IMG/VR virus record: IMGVR_UViG_3300048599_000416
Coordinates: 2,890-66,889 of that record
Reading direction: 5' to 3' (one strand)
Length of the DNA stretch: 64,000 nucleotides
From: a virus
Lineage: Duplodnaviria > Caudoviricetes
Shown here in pieces: positions 28,779 through 40,100 of the stretch. A program made the position numbers and the translations under genes. The stretch's first letter is position 1. Each line of letters begins with the position of its first letter. The notes under the pieces are model-generated. The model saw only the letters and a program-made list of their open reading frames with translations. It did not search any database and had not been told where the DNA came from.

Positions 28779-29183
28779 ATGAAAACTACAAACAGTGCCG
28801 CAATTGAATTTAAAGAATTTGTAAACGAATTGATTTACTCCGTAAAGCAACTTCCATTTCTGTTGATGCAAAGCATACGGATGAGGTTTGCTATTTTGTT
28901 GGCAGATATGCAGCAAAAAGCATTCAACAAACGCTATTTCATTATTCACGTGGTGAAGAAATACAAAGAAGGAAAACCGGTACTTGTGTTACGCTCAATC
29001 AATAATACGCAATTCGATTTGCTGCGAAAAAAAAGATTATTGCCAAAGCAGATGACTTATCTGGAATTGTCGGCAAAATCATTTTATCAAACCGACCTGA
29101 AGCGCAACAACACACAAAAGCTGGAAGAACGTCAGAAAGCGATGAGGCGTTACCGTCAATATTTGGATTACTTAAACAGATAA
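28779..29183 (+). CDS. Hypothetical phage protein
   Basis: 134-aa basic ORF in the structural operon. Confidence 0.6.
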   Translation: MKTTNSAAIEFKEFVNELIYSVKQLPFLLMQSIRMRFAILLADMQQKAFNKRYFIIHVVKKYKEGKPVLVLRSINNTQFDLLRKKRLLPKQMTYLELSAKSFYQTDLKRNNTQKLEERQKAMRRYRQYLDYLNR

Positions 29184-29187
29184 CGAT

Positions 29188-29766
29188 ATGACAACACTAA
29201 TTCAATTTTTATTTGGAGAACACAATGCAATGATGGCTATTGCATTCTTAGCGGCTCTTCCTGCCATAGCCGGAGCAGCCAGTAGTCTATTCGGAGCAGC
29301 CAGTGCAGGGGCGCAACGCCGTAGGATGGATGCAGACCTGAAAGCAAGGCAAGCCAAAAACGATGCCTGGTACAATAATGAAGCCAACAGCGACTATTTG
29401 CAGCGGGCCGACAGTCAGGCTGCCGTACAGCAAGCCCGTGAAACGCTTCGCAAACAAAATGAAGCCGCCGCCAATACAGCCGCCGTAACTGGAGCCACGC
29501 CGGAAGAAGTGGCCGCATCCCGATCGAGAAGTAACGAAGCCATGGGAACGCTATACGGAAACTTGGCAGCGCAGGGAGCAGTACATCGCGATCAGGTACG
29601 GTCGCAATACCTGCAACAAGACAATGCACTCACCAACGCGTTGTCGAACAATCAAAACAACAGTGCATCATCTGGAGAAACCATGATGCAAAACGGAATA
29701 AAAGCCGTAGCAAATACCAACTGGGCCGGAATTTTAGGCAAAACTCCAGCTATAAAAACAGCATAG
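29188..29766 (+). CDS. Putative internal/ejection protein (Ala/Gln-rich)
   Basis: Hydrophobic Ala/Gly N-terminus followed by helical Q/A-rich body, first of three genes of increasing size. Confidence 0.55.
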   Translation: MTTLIQFLFGEHNAMMAIAFLAALPAIAGAASSLFGAASAGAQRRRMDADLKARQAKNDAWYNNEANSDYLQRADSQAAVQQARETLRKQNEAAANTAAVTGATPEEVAASRSRSNEAMGTLYGNLAAQGAVHRDQVRSQYLQQDNALTNALSNNQNNSASSGETMMQNGIKAVANTNWAGILGKTPAIKTA

Positions 29767-29770
29767 TATC

Positions 29771-31111
29771 ATGGCAAAAAAAACAATCGTTCCGGACAAT
29801 TCGGTACCAGCACCAGTTATACCGGAACAACAGCAAAATTACATTGCCGGTGCAGAGCAAAACAACGAACAGGCAAAAGCACAAAGTGCAGGATTGGCCA
29901 TAACACCGACACCCGGAAGTTTGAATGATCCGAATAACAGGGACAGCCCGTATTATGGAATGACGCAGGATCAGATAAATAACCATCTTGCAGCCAACGA
30001 TCCCTATTTTTCGGGGATTAAGCAAAGCGTAGATGCGAATGCACCACTGCAGTCCCCTACTCCCAGCTTAAATGTTCCGGCTGCTAATGATAATCAGGCC
30101 AATCCTGTAGCCGCAACAGAAAAGTTGCAATCGGGAGCCGGAGCACCGTTGTATGATCCGAACAACCCGGTAAATATTTTTGAACGTTACATGCCGCAAC
30201 CTACCCCGGAGATGGATGCACAGCGTGCAGAAGCAATACGTAACGGAGCCGCCATCAGTGACAGTTTTGCAGCACTGGCCGACATGTTCGCGCATGGAAG
30301 CGGAGCGTATGTGAGGCCAAGAGACATGACCGCCTCACAGACAGCAGAAGCACGGGTTGAGGCAGGACAGCAAAAAGACAGAGACAGAAGTGATGCCTAT
30401 AAAAATGCATTGCTCAACATAGCCATGAACGATTTTGACTTCAAACGCAAAGCCGGATTGCAAAACGCACAGTTGGGAGCAAAATTACAAAACGAAAGAG
30501 CTATTCAGGCGGCCAAGAATCAACTTGAAATATGGAAAAAAGACATTGATAAAGGTATTGCTTCAGATAAACTAAAACAGGAGTACGCAAAATTAGATGC
30601 GCAGGTAAAAAATTGGGAGGATCAAAATAAAATAGCCAAACAAAATGCAGATACCGGAAGGATAAATGCCGGCACAAATGCTTATAGGGCGCAAACGGAC
30701 AGAAAAAAGTTTAATCTAAACAAGGATAAATACGATGACAGTAAATCCGTTGATGTGACTGTAGGGCATCAGACATACAAAGACTTTGACAAAAAAGATG
30801 TGGGTCAGGTTGTTGCAAGGGCAATTCAAGACGGAAATGCTAAGATCCAACGCGAAGTGGAAGATCCGATGTCGGGTAAGGTAATAGGTTACGAACAGGT
30901 CAATGTTACACCAACTACTAAATTGACAGCAGAGCAGGTAAATCAAATATTCAATGATGTTTACCCGGCTTACGTGAGTAGGTATTCAAAATCAAACAGA
31001 GAAGCAGGGTATACAATAGAACCGGCTGTTAGTAACCATGATTTTAGGAATAGAGTAACTGCGCATTCAAAACATTCCACATTTTCTTTAGGTGGAGTAT
31101 CATCAAGATAA
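29771..31111 (+). CDS. Putative internal/ejection protein
   Basis: Pro/Gln/Asn-rich N-terminus and coiled-coil; precedes the giant protein. Confidence 0.55.
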   Translation: MAKKTIVPDNSVPAPVIPEQQQNYIAGAEQNNEQAKAQSAGLAITPTPGSLNDPNNRDSPYYGMTQDQINNHLAANDPYFSGIKQSVDANAPLQSPTPSLNVPAANDNQANPVAATEKLQSGAGAPLYDPNNPVNIFERYMPQPTPEMDAQRAEAIRNGAAISDSFAALADMFAHGSGAYVRPRDMTASQTAEARVEAGQQKDRDRSDAYKNALLNIAMNDFDFKRKAGLQNAQLGAKLQNERAIQAAKNQLEIWKKDIDKGIASDKLKQEYAKLDAQVKNWEDQNKIAKQNADTGRINAGTNAYRAQTDRKKFNLNKDKYDDSKSVDVTVGHQTYKDFDKKDVGQVVARAIQDGNAKIQREVEDPMSGKVIGYEQVNVTPTTKLTAEQVNQIFNDVYPAYVSRYSKSNREAGYTIEPAVSNHDFRNRVTAHSKHSTFSLGGVSSR

Positions 31112-31113
31112 AC

Positions 31114-34100
31114 ATGGACAACATAAATAATGTATTACAGCAGTATGCAGCCACGGCAGCAAATCCTAAATATAAAGGCGACTGGAATGTGATTAATTCT
31201 AAATTTCCTGAACTGAAGGGATTTGACACAAAAGTATTACAGCAGTATGCAGCCACGGCAGCAAATCCAACCTATAAGGGAGACTGGAACGTAATTAACT
31301 CTAAATTTCCTGAACTGTTTCCAAAAAACATGAATGGGAAAGGAGTGTTGGCGCCAACGGTTAATACCAATCTTCCGGGAATGACTGTGCCTGTTCAGCA
31401 AAAATCAACGCAACAGATTGTGAAAGAGCATCCGAGTTGGGGGCAAAACAATAACAATGCACCTGATGAAGAATGGACGAATACGGTAGATCCGACATTA
31501 GGACAACAAGTGGTACAAGGTGCAAAAGATTTTGGACATGCAGCCTACACGGGAGTAAATCAGTTAGGAAACAACATTTGGAATGCTGTAAATGAAGGAG
31601 CCATAAAAGTGGCTCAACTGGAAGGAAAATTGTCGGATAATCCTACTTGGCAAGATCACGTTCAAAACGTGATAAAAGGATCGCGTGAAAATCAAAAGTC
31701 AATGTCGGATTGGTCACAAACGCACCAACCAGCGGATAATATTGCCGGTACATTGGGTGGTGTAGTTCCATATTTAGCTAAAGGTGTAATGGATATTACA
31801 ATGCCGGAAACAGCATTGTTCACTACCGGAGCATTGGGCGTGTTGGGAATAGGAGAAGGAATGGCCGCTTATGATGCCAGAAAACAGGCAGAGGGCGTAA
31901 ATCCAAATAATTACAGTGCTATTGATGAATTGAAAAAAGCCGCGTTGGGACTGACTTATGGTTTGGCATATTCAGCGCCGTTGGGAAAATACGGAAAAGC
32001 AATGAGCAAAGTAGTTCCAGAAAGCGTTAGAAAAGGAATTGCCGATCGGTTTTTAGGATCACCGGAAGGCCAACAGGTAATGAATGGTATATACGAGAAG
32101 TTAGTTAGTCAGGTACCTTCAAACGGGAAAATATTGGCTCACAACTTGGTTAAATCAGTTGTTGGCGGAACTGGTGCAATGGCGGCTATGCAAGGAATAA
32201 AAGATTTGGGAGATGTAACGATGACCAATAAAAAATATTCTTTGGCGGACATACAAGATCAGTTAGCCTCTTCGGTAGAACAAGGATTGATATTTTCGGC
32301 CCTTGCTCCACTGTCGGCCCATGCCAATATTGCAAACCGTAAGCAACGGTGGAACGCGCAGAAAGAGGCCACATTTACGTTTGGTAATGACGGAAAACCG
32401 ATTGAGGTAGTGTTTGATCGAAAAGGAAATCCACAAGGATATGATCTGTTTGGAAAAGCCGTAAAGTTATCACCCGAACAGCAAGCTAATACAATCAGTG
32501 TTCCTTCTGATGTTTTGAGTAGTGGAATAGAGCAGTACAAGAAAAGCGGAACATTGCCGACTGATTATGATCGTCAGGTGTACTCCGGTCGTTTGACCAA
32601 TGCGCTTAAAAACATCTCGGATGCGAATGGTAATGTTGCTATTCCATCCGATGAAGGAACGGGAGTAATGGCAATTGTCGGAAAAGGTCAGGATGGTAAC
32701 TATCAGGGCATAGACCATTCAGGTCAGCCGGTGCAGGTAGATGCTAACACACCACTCAAACAAGTGCATGTGTCGGATGTTTACAATGCGCTGATGTCGA
32801 AATACGATGAGGTGAATGGACGAAAAAAAACGGGTTCGGAACAACCTCTTTTAAATAATGAGCCAACACCTGCTCCTGAAGTAACCCCCGAACAGCAAGC
32901 CGTCAACGACATTCACAACAGTTCCAATCCGGATATGAACGCCATAGTACATGCCAACATAGCCGGAACGGATGCGCCGGTGCGAATTGTAAAAGGAAAT
33001 ATTGCCACCAAAGAAGATGGGACAATAGACCGTGGCGCGTCGGATGAGGCAGTATATTATCAGGATGCGGATGGAAAAACAAAGATAGCACCTATCGACA
33101 ATGTGACAGAACTGGCAAGTAATGTGCCGGTAGATGCAGCAATAGGACAAATCCAGCAAAAGATGGCAGCTGCCAATCTTGCATCGCAATTACAGGTTGG
33201 AGATACCGGTGCCATGCCTGATGGTACCACGTCGACTATAGAACAAATAAATCCTGATGGTACCTTTCAACTAGAGGTTGAAATGCCGGACGGGTCAGTA
33301 CGTCGGGCAATTGCTCAATCGGAAGAAATGGCGGGATTGGGATTTACCACTCAAACTTCTAATGAAAGCATACCGACACCTGTTGCCGAATCGTCTTCCC
33401 CTAAATCCCCTGAAGGGGACTTGCAAGCCGCGACCTCTCCTCAACCCCTCTCCCAAGGTGAGGGGCAAACGGAAATGCCTACCCCTCAATCCCCTGAAGG
33501 GGACTTGAAATCGGTAGCTTCACCTGCATCAATTCCCACGGATGAAAAGGGGAAACGACTTTTTGAGCAAGCTCCTGTAGAAGCAACCATAGGCGCGTTC
33601 AAAGAAGCGTACGACACACCGGAGAAATTATCCGGAGCGGTAGATGCCGTGATCAATCGTTTATCAACTCAGATGAAAAAAGCCGGTAAGCCGAAACTAA
33701 CCGGTGATCCTGATGTGGATATGCAAAATGAATTGGCAGCCAAACAGCAGATAAAAGATATTCAGACAAAGCTTGATTATTGGAAATCGGTGAACGACGC
33801 ATTATCTGCTGAGGCGATGCAGGGTGCAGACTCGCACGAAGCAGTATGGCAAAATACAGCAGACAACAGTACCGATCCTAACGAAATAGCCAACGCTTAC
33901 AACCAGGCAAAAGAAGCCGGAGGATTTGATGCGGTAGAACCATGGCAGCAACAGCTGGTAGGCATGAAAGTCCATCCCGAAAGTTGGAACCGATTTGGCG
34001 ATCGCAACAAAGCCGGGGATATTAAAGCATGGCTTTCGCCTAAGAAAGAAGCGCTGACGCCAGATAACTCAATAGATACCATTGCACAGGCATTGTCGGA

Positions 34101-37100
34101 TACATACGGAGTTGAGGTAACTCCACAGGCAATCGTTGATTTTATCGATAATAACCCAAAGAATAAAATAGAACCATCGAACGTCTATATGCGCGATTTG
34201 GATAAACGCTTTTCGGAAGTAGCAACAAGCATATCCGGCCATAAGGTAGGAGGAGTGGAAAGTCCGTCGGGAAAGCTATTTTTGTCGATGTTTGGAAAGC
34301 AGACTGCCCCTAAATCCCCTGAAGGGGACTTGGAATCTGCGACCTCACCCCAACCCCTCTCCCAAGGCGATTGGCAATCTGCGGAGGAAATATTGAATGA
34401 TCCGTTTGCGGATATGGCAGATAGGGTGAAGGCGGCAAATGAGTTGATCGCGAAATATGAGGAGAATTTTCCTCATGCAGTAAAAACGACAGTTTGTGCC
34501 ACGTCGGAAGAGTTTGTACAACAATTCGGAAAACAAGCTAACTTTGTATCGGAAGAGTTGAAACAAAAAAAGATAACTGGCGCTTATAACGAAGGCAATG
34601 TATTCATCCATTTGCCGGATGTGCTCGATACGCCGGAGCTGGAAAAGACATGGAAGCATGAACAGCAACACGCTGTAAATGCAGAAAAAGATTTGACACC
34701 ATTGTACGATGCGCTGGGAGACGGGGAAATGTCGAAGACAATACCCGGATACCGGAATATGAGCATCAATGAAATTGTTGATGAACATATAGCCTATAGC
34801 GCCGAAACATACAATCCGGATAAAAGTCGTGGATTGGTAGACGATTTAATCAAAGAAAATCTAAACATACTTACAAATGGAACAACAGATGGAATCGATC
34901 AGTATCCCGATGCGGGACGAGGAGGGGAACAACGTGGGCTGGTTGCGGTCGGCAGTGACACCGGAACAGAAGAAAGAAATAACGCGCCTGACCAACGAGG
35001 AGGGGATGACGCTGGACGAAGCGATGGACAAGGTGGTGCCGAAAAGAGCCAAGAACAAGGAGTAAAGAGCCAAGAGGCTACCTCTAACCCATCCCAAGAA
35101 GGGAAACAAACATCTACCCCTAAATCCCCTGAAGGGGACTTGGAATCTGAACCCACTGCCCAATTTAAGGCATCGGACATTAAAGAGGGGGAAGGAATAC
35201 CGCAATATGTGGATCGTGTAGTGCAGGAAAAGCAGATACACGACGAACTTCAACGCGTCAATACAGAACCTACAGAGGCACAAAAAGAAGCCGGAAACTA
35301 TCAGAAAGGACATATAACCGTGCAGGGAATGGACATTTCCATTGAAAACCCTGTGGGATCGGTGCGCCGTGGAGTGGACGAAGACGGGAAAGCATGGGAA
35401 AACACCATGCAGACCAGTTACGGATACTTTAAGCGCACGGAAGGAAAAGACGGCGACCATATCGATGTGTTTGTCGGTCCGGATGTTTCCAGTGAAAAAG
35501 TATTTGTGGTAGACCAGAACAACCCCACCACCGGCGCATTCGACGAAAGCAAGGTGATGTTAGGATTTGATACGCCGCAAGTTGCAAAAGAAGCCTACCT
35601 GTCGAACTACGAACCCGATTGGAAAGGATTTGGAGCTATTACAGAAGTATCGGTAGAAGACTTCAAAAAATGGTTGTATGACGGTGCCAAACAGCGGAAA
35701 CCGTTTAGCGAGTATGTAGATACACCGGAAGCGGTTCGTTTACGTACAGACAGAAGCGGAAATGAAATTGGAGATGGTGGCTGGAATGTGGAGCCGGAGA
35801 TTATGGATTTTAAAGAGTATCCACAGATTACAAGTAATGTAAACAAAAGCCAGACAACAGAAAGTACATATGTAACTTATACTAACAAAGACAATAGCAA
35901 ATCAATTACGGTACGCTTCTCGAACCATGAAAACAATGCCGTAAAATTTGGCGATCAGTTGAATGGTTATACAGCAACAGCCAATCAAATATTGTACAAA
36001 TTAGGACTTAAAACAAGAGATTTTATTCCTGAAAAATATTTATCAATTTGGGCAACGCAAGTAAAACGAAAAGATGTAGGTAATTATGAAATGGCAGATA
36101 AAACCATGCCAGAATTATATGCGCTTGGGAAAGATGCTGACCTGTCAGATTACAAAGGAAAGGTAGCTAAAAACAGCAATTGGCTAATTTTAGGAGACAA
36201 GGTTTCAGAACTAGACAAAACAACCAGAGACGCTTTTGGAAACAGCGTAAGACTTGGTAAATACGAATACCACGACATTACTCCAGAGGAATATGCCAAA
36301 CAAAATTCGGAAAGTAAAATTCGTTTTCGCAGAGAAGAACAAAGTGAAATAATACAAAATGCAAAACAATATGCAGATGTAGAAGACTTCATATCGGCAT
36401 ACAAAGATGCAGATTTCAGGGATGCACATTCATCTCCCGGATTTGATGACACTCCAAGTGAACAGAAAATAGAAGACGGAGGTGATTTTTCGTTAGTAGA
36501 AGTAGCTAATGGATTCCATAATCAACCAGACGACTATTTTGCTCCAAGAATAGGTGCAAGATATTACGGATATGACGATAAAGAAGGAATGCAAAGTTAT
36601 TATGCAATAAAGAAGGCTATTGACGAAATAAAATCAGGAAAGAAAAATGTAAAAATAACGGCTTACAGAGCTATACCGAAAGAAGTAGAACAAAAAAAAC
36701 TTATAGATAGAGATTGGATAACATTCTCACGTGAATATGCTGTATCACACGGAGAATATCGTTTTGGAGAAAAACAATACCGGATTATTAAGCAAAACGT
36801 ACCAGTTGAACATGTTTGGTGGGACGGTAACGACATAAACGAATGGGGTTACGACACAGGCCAAACAACTACATTTGGACGATCTGATTTAAAAACAATT
36901 TGGGAACAAGCACAGGCTCCAAAGTTCCGCATCATAGGCGAACGTGGTGCAGCCAGAATGGAAGATGCTGAAAATATCATCGATAATCTGAAAGTAGCAA
37001 AGGAGATGGAAGCAGCCGGAAAACAACCGAAAGAGATACGTCTTGCTACCGGATGGGAAAAAGGAATGGATGGATTGTGGCGGTATGAGGTGCCGGATGC

Positions 37101-40100
37101 CGAAATAGATGTAGATGTATTAAATGAACTGAAAAATAATAGTGAACTGGCAAATAAAAATGTAAATATCGACCTTGTTACTTACAGAAAACAAGAAAAC
37201 GGTTTGTATACATTAAGCCTTAAAAAGAAGGGGGCAACGAATACAAATGAATTTGCAGATTATAAGAATTTGTCTGTAAATGAATTAATCGGAATAATTG
37301 ACAATAAAGAAGTTTCAGATAAAATTTTGAATGGAGAAGGTAATGAATCTTTTATGGGTAAAAATTGGGATGAAGCAAAAGAAATCAAAACAAACTTTAC
37401 CACATTTATAACCGGAGGAGAACTGTTACCAAGAGTAATTCAAGATAAAGCCCTTTTCGAAGTATATCCTGAACTTAAAGATGTGGTAGTAGTGTTTGAT
37501 AAAGCCCAAGGATTAAACGCTTCTTATGAAACTGGAGACAATCAAATAATAATCAGAATAGGGGCGGTTTGGAAACAAACAAAATCAACCCTTATCCATG
37601 AAATCCAACACGCCATTCAGGATATTGAGGGATTTGCAAAGGGTGGATCAGCTGAGGCTATGAATGATTACAGCCTGAAAGAAAGCAAAAAAATAATTGA
37701 GGATAAATATTCCCATTTACCCAGTTACAAAACAGCAAAAGAAAATGGTACGCTGGATGAATGGGTAAAGAAGATGGTTAATGCCACTGGAGAAGGAATA
37801 ACGCCACTTGAAGCTTACCGCCGTCTTGCCGGAGAGGTAGAAGCCCGTAACGCATCAGCACGAATGCAGATGACGCCGGAAGAGCGGCGAAATACACTAC
37901 TGAGTGAAACGGCAGATGTGGCACCGGAGGATCAGATTGTATTGATGGATCAGATAGACAGGGCCAATTCAGAGATTGATGCTAAGGATTACGAAGCTAA
38001 ACTAAAAGAAATTAAAGACAAAGCCATTGCCGACGGTACGTTTATGAAAGCCCCGAACGGAAAAGATACCAATTTGAATGAGCGACAATGGTTGCAGGTA
38101 CGTACACCGGAGTTCAAGAAATGGTTTGGAGATTGGGAAAACGACCCTGAAAATGCATCAAAAGTGGTGGATAAAAATGGGGAGCCAATGGTGGTGTATC
38201 ATGGAACGGGAGATAAATTCTTCAAGTTTGATAAATCTAAATTAGGTTCGAGAGAAGATGCATTTTTCTTTACCTCAAACGAAAAAATGGCAAAAGATTA
38301 CGGCAAACCAATGTCGGTATTTCTATCTTCAAAAAGATTTATTGACTTAGATGAGGATTATAGAGATGTAAACGGAGTACAATATCATCCCGGAAACAAA
38401 GATTTCACAAAATATTTTGATGGTTACAGTACAGATAAGGATACTGATTACAATGAATATGCAGTCTACAATCCTAACCAAATTAAATCGGCCACGGCCA
38501 ACACCGGCGCATTTGATGAGGGGAATGCGGATATCCGTTTCAGGACGGCGGGTGAAAGGTTGAACAAGCAGGACAGAATATCGGCAATTGTTGATAGTAA
38601 ACCGCTGGAGATAACCGGAGAGGAGTACAAAGGCAATTATGAGTTGAACCGGAACAGTGCCAAATCGTTTATCAAAGATAACCTGAGAGGCGAATATGTC
38701 AACTCTGAAAGCGGTGATGTAATACAGATCAGAAAAGACGGCGCTCAAAAGATAACTTCGCACAGCATGACTAACGAAGATTATCTGAAAACAATTTCCG
38801 TTCTTCCGGAGCTGATAAAAAATGCCGTATACATAGATGAATTGCCCAATCTGAAGGATAAACCAAAATACACAGGATACCGGTATTATGTAAGCGGATT
38901 AAAAATAGGAGAGAAAGACTATACGGTGAAGTTGACTGTAGGAGTGGATGCGAGCGGATATAAACTGTATGATTGTTCGCTGACAAACATAGAAAAGGGT
39001 AAACTCATAAAAGAAGTTGGCGCTTTAACTACCACGTTACCCTCCAATGAGTCTACCCTTTCCGGGGTCAAAGATACGAAATTAATTCACCTTTTGCAAG
39101 AAAGTGATGCAAAATCTGAAAATAGTGATTCGGGTAATGGTAATGAAGTCAATAAAATACCGGTTAAACCTGAATACACTCCAGAAAAATCATTGGAGCA
39201 GTTTGTTAACGAGGTGGTAGATTATAATAAGAGCCAAGAGCCAAGAGCCAAGAGCCAAGAGATTGAAGACATCCGTTTTCGGTCGATGCCAACTCCTCCG
39301 GTATTTGCGGCCAATACTCCTGCAGGCGATGTTGCGCAGCAAGTGACAGCATTTGCACAGGAAACAAAAGAAATATTTAAGGATGCAGACGCACAAATGC
39401 AGAAAATACACCGTTTGCATACAATGTTTCTGGATCGTGCGCGGCCATTGGAGGAATACCAGCGTTTGATGGTTGAAAAAGGAGCATCGTTGAGTGATGC
39501 GAATAACGCTTATTACGATTTTATTGCCACAACATCATGGAGTACCAATCAGGTTGCAAAATTTACCGAAAGTAAAATAGAGCCACTTCAGGAACGATTG
39601 GCTACACTGGTAAAAAGTAAAAAGCTCGATACCCTTCCGATGTACAACTGGAATATGGCGAAGGATGATACCGGAAAAGTAATTGCAAATGGTAAAATAT
39701 CGAATTACGATCGGATCAGTCTCTATATTCAGGCAAAAGACATCCTGGAACAGATAGAGCAGAATGGAATGGGCCGCGGAGAAGAAGGATTTGCCAACGA
39801 TGTGAAAAGGCACGACGTGAAAGATGTTAATCCGGAATTGAAAATAACACTTCAGGACGGTACTGTTTTGAGTAAAGAGGAGTTTGAAAAGAAAGAAGGG
39901 ATAATCAGTATTACAAAAGATACTGTAAAGTATCGTCCCGCGAATTCAAATACAATCGAGAGCTTGCCGACACGTGAATATATTCGTCGTCAAAAAATTG
40001 AACCGGATCCGAAAAGTGTAGCTGCTATTGATGAGGAAAGTGTGCTCCGGTTAGCTGATGGTAAAGAGCTGACGTCTCACGAATACATACAGCAATATGT

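Noticed and set aside
14253-35142. 26-bp repeats as a CRISPR array
   Set aside because: Spacing is irregular (84 bp to 19 kb), all copies are in coding frame, and no cas genes are present.
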